From: Sphyrna mokarran
Lineage: Eukaryota
Direction: 5' to 3'
Assembly: GCA_024679065.1 (NCBI GenBank)
Contig: JAGIQG010000009.1
Span: 107,570,001 to 107,634,000 of the forward strand
DNA: 64,000 nucleotides
Shown here: positions 14,101 to 27,498 of the stretch, piece by piece
Layout: each line of letters begins with the position of its first letter
Position numbering within the stretch: the first letter of the stretch is position 1
Translations under genes and position numbers: made by a program
Notes under the pieces: model-generated
The model's input: the letters and a program-made list of their open reading frames with translations, nothing else
What the model was told of the DNA's origin: nothing
Database searches by the model: none

Positions 14101-16074
14101 ATTTCTAACCATCTCGGCCTGAAACTGGGAAGTGGAGGATCAATCTAAGTTTCCTTTTCAGAGCTTCACCTCACAGATGCTAGTCTTCAGGTAATGCGAA
14201 TCATAGAATCATACAATCCCTACAATGCAGAAAGAAAGAGGCCATGTGGCCCATCGAGTCCAGGCTGACCACAATCGCACCAAGCCCCTATCCCCATAAC
14301 CACACTTATTTACCCTGCTAACTCCTAGACATTAAAAATCAATTTAACATTACCATTCAACCTAACCCACACACCTTCGGACTGTGGAAGGAAAGCAGAG
14401 TACTCGGAGCAAACCCACACAGACACGGGGAGAACGTGCAGATTCCACGCAGACGGAAATCGAATCCAGGTCCCTGGATTGGTGAGGCAACAGTGCTAAT
14501 CATTGTGCCACCATGCCACCCTCATTTCAGGATCTGATAATATCAGGGCTGTTGTACTGATGGTTTATGCTCCCTAACTAACAGTCAGGCTGCGCTAGTC
14601 CAGCTGCAAAACTGTCAGACAACCAAAACGGTAGAATTTGCTTACCTAAAACTGGTAGGATGCATGAAGATCCAGTTAATGTTGCCCAGAAATTCTAATC
14701 TGAACAAGCAGCAAATCGATAGAAGGTTTCGAAAATGTTATCAAGGGATGGTTTAATGACCTGTTCACCAGTGTTGGTTTGGATTTCATCAGGACCTGTT
14801 GGGTCCCAATATCCCTGAGGCTTTTGTCCAGCAATAGTCAAAAGCAAATTCCCAGTGATGAGGTGAAAGAAGTTGCTCTTGATATTCAATCAGCATTTTT
14901 TTTAGTTATTTATTTGTGTCATAAGTAGGCTTATATTAACACTACAAGGGAGTTATGTGAACGTTCTCTGGAAACTTTGCTGGTATTCAGTCAACATTTG
15001 ACCAACTGTGACATCGGACCGCCCTGAAAACAAAACTATTGAAACCTGTAAAAGCACGTCATTTGTTGGTGTCATGTCTATGTCGAAACAGGATGGACCT
15101 AGTTGTGGAATGCCAACCATTTGAATCCAGAACAAGCAGCAAGATTTACTCAATGCTATGCTGTGGGCCCAACTTTCATTTGCTTTATCACTGCATCGTA
15201 AGGCTATAAAAGGAAATATACGCAGATGACTATTCAATGCTCAGCCCCACTTGCCACTCTCAGATTTTGCAGTTTTCTGTGTCCATAGTCAGCAAGACTT
15301 GGACAATGTTCAGGTTTGAGCGAGAAATGATAGGCAATATTTGTTCTGAACAAGTGTTTGCCAATTACTGCTTTCTCCTTCCCTACCCCTTAGCATTCAA
15401 CAGCATTATCACCCTGAAGTACCCACCAAAATATTCTGCTGGTTATCGTTAAGCAGAAATTTAACTGGAGGAGCTGCTTGAATGCTGTTCTGTGGCACAT
15501 TTCTCAGTTCCTGACTCCAGCCTGTTCAGCATCTGAAATGTGCAAATCAGCAGTGTGATAGAACATTCCCTACCTGTCTAGTTGACTGAAACATCAGGTA
15601 TTTTCCATTATCTTGGAAACAGCAACCCGTCAGATCAGCAGCCTATTTATCACCTCTAACATTGGCTCCATCCACCTTTGTTGCACACTACAAGATCACT
15701 ACAGCCAACTATCCAAGCCTCCTCATACTGCACTGTCCAAATTCCCAACCTTAACCACCTCAGAAGAAAACGGCAACAGGCAAATAGCAACTCCAGCACT
15801 TTCATATCATCCTGATTTAGAGCAATATTGCTGTTCCGTCACAACGAAGCGACTAAATTCTGGAACTTCCTCCCATCAGCATTGTGGGTGTAGTTTCTCC
15901 ACAAAGGTTGGGATGGATAAAGGTGGCTGCTCACCACCAAGTTCTCAAGGTGTGCAATAAATGCTGACCTTGCCGGTGATATCCACATCCTTAACCAAAT
16001 GTAAAGAAATGTGACAAATAAGTTCATCACTTACCAGCAATCAACAGTACACCAATTATAGTATCTGCAAACAT
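7958..16074 (-). CDS. NCR3-like: Gene A: NKp30/NCR3-like single-IgV activating-type receptor; coding exons 16035-16074, 13181-13522, 7958-8160; 194 aa
   Basis: Leader MFADTIIGVLLIA, then a V exon, then a TM/tail exon. All junctions are GT-AG and phase 1, and the 585-nt total is in frame. The TM helix contains an Arg (LGVRLAVFAV; human NKp30 has LLLRAGFYAV). Confidence 0.88.
8690..9450 (+). mobile_element. Penelope-like element fragment (GIY-YIG C-terminus and 3' region)
   Basis: aaactggaggaacagcagctcatcttc...ggactgagtattgagttcaacaacttc encodes KLEEQQLIF..GLSIEFNNF. Confidence 0.75.
12507..13082. mobile_element. Two back-to-back HE1-like SINEs (minus ~12507-12752, plus ~12753-13082)
   Basis: The V domain and tail occur in opposite orientations. 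Confidence 0.8.
13181..13522 (-). CDS. NCR3-like: Gene A VJ-type IgV exon
   Basis: Boundaries ttttacag| and AAA G|gtatgt. Encodes IKVTQNP..EGEEFQISC..INWYKQ..FFGRV..DSGIYYCEV..GGGGTGMGTQVTVK, with canonical Cys/Trp/Cys and a J-like GxGT motif in the same exon. Confidence 0.93.
14198..14522 (-). mobile_element. HE1-like V-SINE
   Basis: Full head, V domain and tail on the minus strand. Confidence 0.8.
15540..16010 (+). mobile_element. LINE 3' end sharing its tail with the second SINE family (also ~33440-33810 and ~59600-59790, minus)
   Basis: ctggaacttcctccc...ctcaccaccaagttctcaagg...caataaatgctgaccttgcc. Confidence 0.55.
16035..16074 (-). CDS. Gene A leader (signal peptide) exon
   Basis: ATG TTT GCA GAT ACT ATA ATT GGT GTG-like hydrophobic run ending GCT G|gtaagt (MFADTIIGVLLIA), phase 1. 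The acceptor ctcttctttgccttcacag lies 17 nt before the ATG. Confidence 0.85.
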
Positions 16075-16484
16075 TTTTTTTCTATTTTTGTCTGTGAAGG
16101 CAAAGAAGAGATTTGTAACCACGATTTTAATTGGAGTGGACTTGAAATAAACTGCGAAATCAGTCGCTCGATTCTGTACAGATTTCCTTTATATATATAT
16201 GGAAACGAAACACCGCCAGATTCCACTACTTGCCCTCCAACGTTTAGGGCAGTAAATGGCGAAAATCCAGAGGAAATGCAGAAACACAGCTAAAAGGCAA
16301 CATCTAACATGAACTGGTTGGCCGAATACACTGAGTCTTGATCGTAACCTCTAAGTATTTATCTTTAAGGAAAGCAAAGACAGTTTTCAGGGAGTTGTGT
16401 TGAAATTGATCAACATTAGAAATAAGCATATCTTTAAATGTGTTTAATTTAATGTTTCTGTGTCTAGAACTGTAAGCATATCAG

Positions 16485-16830
16485 AGAATCATAGAACACT
16501 ATATTGCAAAAAGAGGCCCTCTGGCGCATCGAGTCTGCACTGAACACAATCCCGCCCAGGTCTTGCCCCCATATCCGTACATATTTTACCCACTAATCCT
16601 TCTAACCTGCGCACCCCTGGACATTAAGGGGTAATTTGTTAGCATAGCCAATCAACCTAACCCGCACATCTGTGGACTGTGAGGGGAAACTGGAATACTC
16701 GGAGGAAACCCACGCAGACACGAGGAGAATGTGCAAACTCCACACAGACAGTGAACCAAGCCGAGAATCGAACCCAGGACCCTGAACTGTGAAGCAGCAG
16801 TACTAACCACTGTGCTACCGTGCTGCCCAA
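16485..16830 (-). mobile_element. HE1-like V-SINE
   Basis: gggcagcacggtagcacagtggttag head, V domain and tail. Confidence 0.85.
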
Positions 16831-17809
16831 ATAGTTCGATTTATGCTGGGCAAAGACGTTTGTGTGCGTGGGGATTGCCTAAGTTCCAATTATTCTTCTG
16901 TTACGTTTATGGAAGAATATGACACGAAAAATAAATACAAATGCTTATGTGACCATTGCTGAGCAACTGCAGATACTTATGAGCATTGCTGGCTCACTGC
17001 GCCAGGTTGAAATACGGCCTTGGGTGGCTGCGTGGGATTTGTACATTCTCCTTTCATTTATGCAGGTTTATTCCGAGTCCTCCGGTTTCCTCCTCCAGTT
17101 CAAAGATGTTCAATGTCAAGCAAAAGGATGGGAAGGTGATTGGGTGCGCAATACAGCGATCAGGCTCATACTCTGGAGACGTTGATAAGTCAGGAATTTA
17201 AAACTAGTCTCAAGAATGGTGATCATGAAACGACCATTGACTGTTGAAATTAACATGAAGGAAGAAATTCTGCAGTCTGGCCTACATATGACTTCTGAAC
17301 CATAGCAGTTAATCAACTCTGCGTCATCTGAAATGACCTAGCATGGCATTCTGTTCAAGGGCAATTTGGGATGGGAAACAGGAGCGTCCTTGCTATTAAC
17401 ACCAATTAACAATAAAAAAATCCGGATTTTAATTGTAGTCTGACTTATGGTCATGTTAAAACGATCCTCTGTTGTTGTAAAACTCATCGGTTTCAGTTGG
17501 GGATAGTGCGGTGGTACAATGGTTAGCACTGCTGCCTCACAGAGATCTGGGTTCATTTCCCGGTTGGGCTACTGTCTCTGTGGAGCTTGCACATTCTTCC
17601 TGTGTCTGTGTAGGTTTCCTCTCATAGTCCAAAGATGTGCAGGTTAGGTGCATTGACCATATTAAATTCTCCCTCACTGTTCCCAACGCTGGAGTGTGGC
17701 GACTCGGCGATTTTCATAAGAACTTTATTGCAGTGTTAATGTAAGCATATTTGTGATTAATAAATAAACTTTACTTTTACTTTGATGTATTTTAGGGAAG
17801 GAATCCACT

Positions 17810-18290
17810 GGAGGTAGGAACAGAACTAAGCAGATCGAGTTTGTTCCAACATTCAATGATATTATGATTGATCTGACGTGATAATTTGAACTCCACTTTC
17901 CCACTTTATCCCCACAATCGTTGATTCTCTTACTGATTAAAAATCTATCCATCGCAGCCTTGAATATACTAATGGTCTAACTTCTACAGCACTCTGCAGC
18001 AAAGACTTCTACAAATTTACTACCCTCTGAGAGAAGAAATTCCTCCTCATCTCTGCTTGATATGGCGACCTGTCATCCTGGTTATATCCTCTCGTCCTCG
18101 GTTCCCCACAAGAGAAAACAACCTTTCAGCATCTACGCTGCCAAACCCTTTGGAAATCCTATTTTTCTTAATAAGGTTGCCTCATTTTTCCAAACTTCAA
18201 CGACTACAGACCCAAATCCTATTTAATCTCTTCTTATAGGAAGCTCCCACCATATCAACCCAGTGAACCTTCTCTGACCTGTCTCTTATC
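17810..18290 (-). mobile_element. Degraded CR1 3' fragment
   Basis: The minus strand reads gatgaggaggaatttcttctctcagagggtagta (RRNFFSQRVV). Confidence 0.65.
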
Positions 18291-18542
18291 TGCCATCCTT
18301 ATGCTACATGTGACTGCCAGTCCGCAGCAATGTGGTTATACTTAACTCTGAAATGGTTTAGCAAAGCAACGACAAATGTTCCCTTGCCAGCAACACCCAG
18401 ATCTCATCGATTTTTTTGTTAGACAAAAGCCTGATCTTCCAATTCTCGCTGCCCTGTCTGATTTGCGAATAAGAATAGCTGAGTGTCAGCCAGGGGGACT
18501 CAGAAATGTCGGCTGCTTCACTAAAGATAAACCTTGACTTAC

Positions 18543-18690
18543 CTTAACTTGACAGCGACGTGCAATATTTGCAATGAGATCTCTGCGGGTCCCTATTACT
18601 TTTGCTGTACCAAAATCATTTATGGGATACGATCGGAAAACAGTATGTTTCACAGATTCTAAAGGAATGTGTTAGCACTTCCTTGAAAGG
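18543..18690 (-). promoter_or_regulatory. Candidate promoter and non-coding exon 1 of gene A
   Basis: Consensus donor AAG|gtaagt at 18542, TATA-like CATAAAT near 18620, and overlapping ETS (CACTTCCT) and GAS (TTCCTTGAA) motifs at 18676-18687. Confidence 0.35.
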
Positions 18691-21269
18691 CAGGGAAAGA
18701 GGATAGAAATTGAAATGGCTGTCTCATGCAGACAGACTAACGTAATACCCATGTATGAAAGACCAGTAAAAGGAAGCGAATCTTGCTAAGTTTTCTAAGT
18801 ACCCTTGCTTTGAGTGAATGGGCAACCATCTGCTTCATTCCCGTCCTTGTAAGACTCATTCCTACTGGATATTTATCAGTGAATAACGAAATGGAAATCT
18901 CGATTTCGTTGAAATTACAATTTCCAAATGTTTGCTCTTAAAGTGTTAAAAGTTTCAAGGTTTTGGTGAGACAAAAGTTTAAGAAGAATGCCCATCGTGG
19001 CCAGACACTCAATCTGAAACTGAAGTTATATTTGGAAGCAAATGTTCTGAGAATCATTGTTCCTACATTTGAAGAGATTGTGCAAACATAGTTTCTGAAA
19101 AGGTTGCATTCACTTTCGCTGCAAACCTTCTTCAGCAATGCGCAAAATAGTATCAGTCGAGGTGAAGCAGCATATGATTGTATAGTTTGCAACAAGCAGA
19201 CACCGGAAGCTAAGTCTTGCTGTACAGGCTGCAATTTGTGAATTATAACAAAACTTGAGGTTCCTTAGCAGATTTTGTTAATTTGCCAGGCGCCATTTTT
19301 CAATTTCTCACCACATTTATACATGCTTTTGTTAGCAAATGTGTATCATCCTTTTGCGCCAAATGAATATTTCCTTTGGTAAATAAATAAGACGTGAATA
19401 ATATTATGAAATACCATCAGCCAGTGTGGGATTCGGGTGCTCCCTTAACTACCAACTCAGCAATCGGAAATTACCTCCACAAAACTTTTCCAACTTGCCC
19501 TCGGAGACTGTGGATGAGAACATAGGAAATAAGGGCAGCAGGAGGCCATTTGGCCCATCAAGCCTACTTCTCGATTCAAACAGATCATGGCTGATTATCT
19601 CTATGCTATATTCCCCCATTACTCTTATGTTCCTTGATATTGTTGGCATTCAAATGTTCTAGCGATTTCTGATTTGAGCCTGCTCAATGATTAGGTTTCT
19701 ACAACATCCTGGGGTTGTGATTTCCAAACAGTGCCACTCTCCAAGTAAAGAATTTCGTCCACATCTCAATTTTAAATGCCCCTGACTTCGGGTCATTGCC
19801 CTTTTCTTCCAGACTCACCAGGCACGGGAAACATCTCATCCACATTTAACCTGTCACACACAGCCTGTAAGAATTTTGTAAATTCTAGAAATGTCAACTC
19901 TCATATATTGAAAACATATACCATACAAAGACAATTTCTGCAATCACTAACCACAGGGATTAGTCTAATAGGCCTCAGTTGCACTCCTGTAGTAAGTATA
20001 TCTCTCTTTCGATAAGGAGAGAAAAACTACATGGAATACAATTTGGAAACTTGGAAGGAATGCATTTGTTATCCATATCCACTTCATTCATATCGACTGA
20101 AGCAACATTAACCCAATTGCAGCATGCTAGTGATAGCATGCTGCCATGCTGATAATGATCTGTTTATTGTTGCTGTCTGCTTCCCATCTATAATTCCAAT
20201 TTGTAATCCAGAACTTAAATATTTATTCACTTAATCATTTTTTATTCTTTAGAGCATCATGCCGTTAAATTTGATTTTCTAAACTGGATATTGAATATCC
20301 TGCAATTCAGGCCTGATGTGATTCGATGCCTACCGCATGGAGAACCAGAACTTATCCTCTGAAAAAAATATTGACTCCAATCTGGTAGGTGCGTCAATGT
20401 TAAACTGACACGAGTCACTGAATTTCATGACTTAAGATACAGTTTTATTCCAACTAAAGGCGTGAGAAAATATATAATTTTGTTTAACTGTGCTTTCATG
20501 TTAACGGTGGATTAAGTCCTTACAAATTAGGGTTTTTGAATTCTAACAACCCTATAGTGCTGAAGGAAGCCATTTGCCCCCTCGAGCCTGCACCGACAGT
20601 AATCCCAGGCAGGCTCTACCCCGGTAACCCCATGCATCTACCCTACTAATCATCCTGACACTAAGGGGTAACTTAGCATGGTCATCAACCTAACACACAC
20701 ATCCTTGTAGTATGGGAGGAAACGTAAGCACTTGGGAATAACCCACGCAGACATGGGTAGAATGTGAAAATTTCACAGTTACCCAAGGTCGGAATTGAAC
20801 CTAGGCCCCAGGCTCTGTGAGATGAGAATGCGAACCACTATACCACGCTCACTTACACTTCAAAATTACTTTTGCAAGTGTTGGACATGACTCTATATGA
20901 TTTTGATTATTGTTGAGTGTTTGCAAAAGTATTTTCTCTTATTTTTTTTCTGCCTTTTGTCACTGTCACATTAGTTCCATCAGCTTCATACTTTTCTCTG
21001 CCTGCTTTGGCTTCAGATTAAATATTCTATTTTAGGCTTCTTGTTTTAGACTCTTTGTACTCCTTTGTACTCCAGTATGGGTTCTTCAAATTTTTGGATT
21101 CAGAAGAAAATACAATTGCCCTTCCTGATCACAAAGGCCTTTTATCCTTAGTCTTGTCCCGAGAGAAAACTCAAAATGCAAGTCTTTCTTTCAGCAGTAT
21201 TAGAAAAGCGTAATTACACCTCATAGTCTTATAATGTCTTATAATCTTATAATGTCAGTATAAGCAGCA

Positions 21270-22312
21270 CTTGATTGCACTGGAGAGCGTACAGAGGAGA
21301 TCCGCCAGAATGTTGCTCGAGATGGAACAACTCAGCTACAAAGAGAGGCCGGACTGGCAGGGATTGTTATCTTTAGAGCAAAGAAGGCGGAGGAGGGAGG
21401 ATGAGGAGAGACATATTTAAGCTGTATAAGATTATGAGGGTATAGACAGAGTGAATACGGAGTAGCTGTTTTCCTTTGTTGAGAGATCAATCACGAGCGG
21501 GCATAGCTTTAGGCTAAGGGTCAGGAGTTTTAGAGGGGATTTGAGAAAACACTTATTTCACTCAAGAGGTGGTGGGAATCTGAAATGCGTTGCCTGGAAA
21601 GTGGAGGACCGAAATGTTACAACCTTCTAAGCGTATTTGGATGAAAGCTTGAAACATCACAGCTTTCAAGGATATGGGGCAAGTGCTGGAAAATGGGATT
21701 AGTGCGAATTTAGTGGTGTGCTTTGTCGGTGCAGACTGGATGGGCAGAAAGGCCTTTTTATGCGCGGTATGACTTTGCCGATCTATGGCATCACCCAGCA
21801 CGGAATTGGTGCGGGCGAGGGATGAGTCATGTCGGTTAAACTCAGTCGGCAATTTCCTGTCTCATTGGAGCGAGGCCGTAAAACCCCACCTTATGACTCT
21901 AATTACTACCCTCTAAATCAAACTGATTTTCTTTTCAAATTCTAATCACTGCAAGATTATAAGGGCAAGGACAGAATGGATAAGAAGAAGCTGTGTCCCT
22001 TACTTGAAGGGACACAAGTTCAGGATGAGGGGCAAGATATTTACGGGGCTCGGGCGGGGTGAGGAAGAATATTTTTATCCAGAGGGTTTTGACGATCTGG
22101 AATGCATTTGGAAAGTGATAGAGGTGGACTGCCTTCCAACCTTTAAAAAGTACCTGGATGAACAGTTGCCACATCATAAAATTCAAGATTATGGGCCAAG
22201 TGCTGGTGAATGGTACTGGCTGGGAGCTCAGGTGTTTCACAAGTATTGGTGCAGACTTAATGGGCCGGAGGGCCTCTCTTACACTGAAGGCTTCCATGAT
22301 TCGATGATAAAT
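21270..22312 (+). mobile_element. Two CR1 3' fragments (~21270-21775 and ~21985-22312)
   Basis: Degenerate LERVQRR, GHKFRMRG and TFKKYLD motifs with CR1-type tails. Confidence 0.75.
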
Positions 22313-22994
22313 TCCAATACAAAGCTCCATAGAATATTTGAGGATAGAGTGTGCGCAATGAAGTGTGAATTCGCTGGTTGGTATTATGGCGCGATAGATT
22401 ACATCCCCTCCTTTCATCTAGAAGTCATCAACTCCAGTGAACCCTATCACTTGCATCCTTTCCAATGCACCAGTGGCAGGTGGTGCCTGCTCTGCCTTGT
22501 GTGTGTGAAGCGGGGCTCCTGCAAGCTTTGATTCCGTTTGCATTGATGATAAATGGCATCCCTTAAGTTCTGTCCACAAGCTTGTGACCTTTTCCAGGAA
22601 AAATCTTGCTATGTGAATGATGTAGTGTGCACCACAAGGTGGGGCAAGAGGCGTTGGTGTTTTGCTGCTGGTCACAAAATCCGTGTAGTTTAATTAAAAT
22701 TCAAGAAATAACGTATATTGATTTTAATTTAATATTCAGATTTAATTTATTGAAAATTATTATATTGAGAGTAGCGTTACTCTAAATTGATGTGGAGATG
22801 CCGACGGTGGACTGGGGTGGGCACAATAAGATGTCTCACAGCACCAGGTTGCAGTCCAACAAGTTTATTTGGAATCACAAGCTTTTGGAGCACTGCTTTT
22901 TGTCTGCTGGTTTGTGAGACTTTTGTATACTCTAAATTGATTACCATGATCTCGTATTTGTCAGAACTATCGGTGTCAAGGGAGCACAACGGAT

Positions 22995-23322
22995 GGGCAG
23001 TACAGTAGCATAGTGGTTAGCACTGTTGCTTCACAGCGCCAGGCACCTGGGTTCGATTCCTTGTTCGGGTCACTGTCGATATGGAGTTTGCACATTCTCT
23101 TTATGTCTGTGTGGGTTCCCTCTGCAGTCCAAATTTCCTGCGTCCAAAGATGCGCGGGTTAGGTGGATTTGCCAAGCTAAATTGCCCCATAGTGTCTTGA
23201 GATGCGAAGTTAGAGAGATTAGGGGGTAAATATGTAAGGATACGGGTTTAAAGGTCTGGTTGGGATTGTTGTTGGCGCCGACTCGATGGGTCTAATGGCC
23301 TCTTTCTGCACTGTAGGGTTTC
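22995..23322 (+). mobile_element. HE1-like V-SINE. Further copies at ~6338-6580(-), 20545-20850(-), 26515-26850(-), 30092-30395(+), 37790-38240(+), 38831-39140(+), 42520-42820(-), 60362-60682(+), 61115-61430(+)
   Basis: Same head, V-domain and tail consensus in every copy. Confidence 0.8.
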
Positions 23323-24999
23323 CGTGGTAGCATTACTTTACAATGTAGCATTTATAAGTGTGACAGTTTTTTCAAGGGCTCATTATCCTTATTCGATATT
23401 TCGTTTGCCTGGGGAAATAGCAGATGAAAAAAAAAACGGCCCATGATAATGCAGAGAGCATTTTGATCGACTTGTGGCAGAAACACACTCTGTGAAACGG
23501 TAAAATAATGAAGTTCTGTTATTTAGCAGGAAGCAGGATCTATGCCAGAACACAAATTTATGATTCATTTCACATCGCCTGAACTTCTCCACCATATAGT
23601 TTTACTACCCTTTACGCAACTCGCTGTGGCAACATGATATAAGAACAAAACAATTGAGCGGAACTTCGCTGCATGCTACATGAAAACGAAACTGCACCCA
23701 ATAATTCTAACCACTACTAACTTTTAAACCTTTAAAGGGGCACAGAGTCCATTGTAAGTTGTTGCATACTGGATTCGGCTAACAAACCACGTGAAAAGAC
23801 ATTAACCGTCGAATCACAAGTGGAGTATTTTGAACACCGCTCATCTTGGTGGAAGAACAGTAAGGCTCAGCAGAATGGACTGTTGTTAGGCCAGATGAGT
23901 GCGTAATGCGAAATAATTTTGATCCATAGTCAATTTGTTTTACATTGACTGTCCCACAGATCACAAATTGGTAATGTAATAAAAATGAAGAGGGCTGCTG
24001 GGAGATTTTTCTCAATCTTTCTATAGGTTAGAGTGACCTAGAAAGAAGCTAATTGCCCATATTTTGTTAATAAGCATTGACTAATATTCTCAGACCCAAG
24101 GACAAGTTTCCAGATATATACAAGCTGCCTTAAGGAGCCAGGTTCGCGGTTCTATCAGTCGTTGATATTTATAGCTACAAATATAACTGGTTAACAAAAG
24201 CAAAACAGAAGTGTCTTGTCAATCAGAAGTGAACAGTTATCTTAATTATTTGATAGCTTCCCACTGCAACCCTTGTAATCTAGAAATAGATCATTGGTTT
24301 GGATACAAATCAGCACAGCGGCAGGATCGAATGGTGTTGATTATTGTTATATCCTGATCCCAGCAGGCGAAACTTTGAAACTGGAAGGAATGAATCAGCG
24401 AATTTCCGTGATGTTATCAGGGAAATAAAAGTACGGAAGCTTTCACGTCCGTCGCAATGGGTGTGCAAATCGCTACAATTCCGATGTCGGGACGCAGCGT
24501 GGCTCGGATCCCACGTGGATAAAAAAAAGTACAAACACATTTCATGGGTCAAGACAATTCTGACGGATGTGAATGGTTGACCACATCTCAAGAAGAAATT
24601 CAAAGGTTATAAAACGATGATGCGCAACGGAAACACTCTTTGTTTCTCAATTCTTCGCAACCATTAAAAAAATGCTTTAGATAGATTGATGGTTAGTTAA
24701 ATGAGAAATACCCATGGCGGCAAATGGCATTTTGTGACAATTTAAATAGAGCTAAAACATCATAAATTCACAACAGCTTCAAACGATACTTTAAAAATAA
24801 ACATTTACCAATTACACAAGTGTAAAAAAAATCATAATTATTTTACCGAATGCAAATAAAATTAGAACACAGCGCAAAATACAAGTCCCCTTAAATTATA
24901 GAATAGAAAGAAAGGTTGAATTCGGCATTCTGTTTTACATCCATTATTCACACATTGTCAGGTTGAATTCATTGAGCTTTCAGTTTTTCACTGAAAATA

Positions 25000-25280
25000 G
25001 GGTGGCACGATTGTTAGCACCACTACCTCACAGCGCCAGGGGACCCAGGTTTCATTCCCGTCTTCGGTCACTGTCTGTGTGGAGATCACATGTTCTTCCC
25101 GAGTCTGCGTAGGTTTAGTCCCACAGTCCAAAAGATGCGCTGGTTAGGTGGATTGGCCATGCTTAATTCTCTCTCAATGTACCCGAACAGGTGTTGGAGT
25201 GTGGCCGACTAGAGGATTTTTACAGAATCTTGCTGTGTGAATGTAAGCTTACTTGTGACTAATACATAAACTTTAAACTT
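25000..25280 (+). mobile_element. V-SINE variant with a different 3' tail. Further copies at ~7593-7890(+), 10600-10845(-), 17500-17780(+), 48662-48910(+), 52595-52820(+), 61676-61925(+)
   Basis: Same head and V domain, but the tail reads ...gtacccgaacagg..gactagaggatttt..gtaagc.tacttgtgactaata.ataaacttt. Confidence 0.75.
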
Positions 25281-25687
25281 TCGAGTAATTTGTATTGTTT
25301 CATTTTAAGGTTAGTTTACTTTAAAAAAAAACTTACCTGCTGCAATATTGTTTAAAATAAATTTTTACATAAGGAGCAGGAATAGGCAACTGAGCGCCTC
25401 ACTGCTCACACTCCATCAATTATCTCAACCCCATATTCCTGCCTAGGGCCAATGACCTTTCACCCTTTGCTAATCAAGTTGTTCAAATCCATATCAGCCA
25501 TTTACGCCTTCCTTAGATTTGATTTAAGCTACTGTTTTCGCCTTCTTTCCAACAAAGTATCTTCCTAACTTTGGAAGAAATTTGCCAGCAGTGTCCTTTG
25601 CAAGTTAAAAGAGTAAGAGATAGAGAGCAACAGTCAAAAATGTTACAAAGTCGCCAGATAGTAAGGAATCACATCATCAAGAATGGA

Positions 25688-26012
25688 CAAAGAACAAAGA
25701 ACAGTCCAACTGGAACAGGCCCTTCGGTCCAATCAGTTTAGAAAGACAGATGACGTCTTTCTAAACTGAAGGCCTTTTGCCAATATGCAGTCTGTATCCG
25801 TCAATCCCCTGTCTATCCACGTATCTGTCAAGATGTCTCTTAAACATTTTTATTGTGTCTGGGTATCTGCTTCTACCATCTCCTCTGGCAGTGCACTTAC
25901 CATCCTTTGTAAAAATACATGCCTCTCGCAACTCCTTTAAACTTTCCCCCTTTACCTTAGATCTTTGTCCCCAGTAATTGACATTCCTACTTTGGGAAAA
26001 AGATTCCAATTA
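25688..26012 (-). mobile_element. CR1 3' fragment
   Basis: FKRHLDRYVDRQGIDGY motif and (ttctttg)n tail. Confidence 0.75.
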
Positions 26013-27295
26013 TTGATTGTATACGTGGTGACAACATATAAAAGACCACGGTTACTTCTGAAGGCAGTGTTAAGTCACATTGTTGTTTCACTGTATTGGG
26101 ACTTTATTGTTACCCATAGGTTCTGCTGCGTCTCACGTGAGATTTTTTTTTGTTGTAGAATGAATGTATAAAGCTGAGTAACATTTCAATGCCTAACTGC
26201 ATCTGCCGAAAACACATCATTAACGAAGAGGTATAGAAATAAGTGCAAAATAATTACATTGATTGGCATCTGCAGAGAATAGTCACACTTTTGCGTAAAA
26301 TCAACATTATGCTGTCAGACTCTGATTTGAATTTAAAGGAAGTTTTCCCAATTTAATTGAATGTTTCTTCAGAAGTAAAACCATCTCTATATTGCAAACT
26401 AGAATCTGAACTTGAACTCCAGAGGTGCATACGTGCAAATTATGCAGCCCGCGTTCATATTCAATGGTTAAGAAGGAGACAGCACAAGAAACGACTGCTT
26501 ATAATGGTAAATTATAGAATCGTAGAAACCTTACAGTGCAGAAGGATACCGTTCAGCCCATCGAATCTGCATCGACAACAATCCCACCCAGGCTCTACCT
26601 CCATAGTTCCATGCATTTACCCCGCCAGTCCCTCTAACCAACACATCCAGGGATGCAATGAGAGACAATTTAGTATGGCCAATTAGCCTAACCCACATAT
26701 CTTTGGACTGTGGAAGGAAACCAGAACATCAGGAGGACGCCGACACGGGGAGAATGTGCTAACTCCACATAGGCAGTCGCCCAAGCCAGGAATCGAACCC
26801 AAGTCCCTGGAGCTTTGATGCACTGCAACCACAATGCTACCGTGCCGCCCATATACGCTTTCAATGTTCTACTTGCGCGTGCACTGTTTTTAAAAATGTT
26901 TTGTTTTAAGATACTATTATTATATTCCACTTTGGAGCACCTATCAGCTCCTCTATCTCCTAGGGAATAAAAGACATGTGAATATCTTCGCATGTTGACA
27001 TTGATTTTGTTGATTCACTGGGTAAAATCATTTGAAGTCACATGTAGAATATATGCAACTTCAACGAACGGGTTTCATTAGTTCAAGAACAGAATGCATA
27101 TTTGAATATTAAAATACTCTCGTATGAAATTGCACGAAGAAAAAGAGGGACGTACAGACATATTTGAACACAAGTTACGTTCTGACATTTGGCATAGTTT
27201 TGCATTTGCACTTAACAGCTACAATGATTGCACTTGTAATTTCACTTCAGAATCAATTGTAAATGCACACGGTCCAAAATGTCCATCGGTTCATT

Positions 27296-27498
27296 TTAAC
27301 CGATTTCCAAGTAACATTTCCAGGATGAATCAACCTCCTCTCGACCTGAATTAAATGACGCAGGAGAACCTCGAGAATCGTAGAAATGTACGAGAGATAT
27401 TGTTATAATGATGACCACAGCAAACACTGCAAGTTTCACTCCCATCACAAGCAGCTTACGAACTAACGATTCTCCGCTGTTATTCGGTTGCTTCTGGT
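27296..27498 (-). CDS. Gene B stalk/TM/cytoplasmic terminal exon (TM Lys)
   Basis: ccttctccatag|AC CAG... encodes HQKQPNNSGESLVRKLLVMGVKLAVFAVVIIITISLVHFYDSRGSPASFNSGREEVDSSWKCYLEIG*. Confidence 0.88.

Noticed and set aside
16760-16830. tRNA genes
   Set aside because: The tRNA-like A/B boxes are SINE heads that run straight into V domains.
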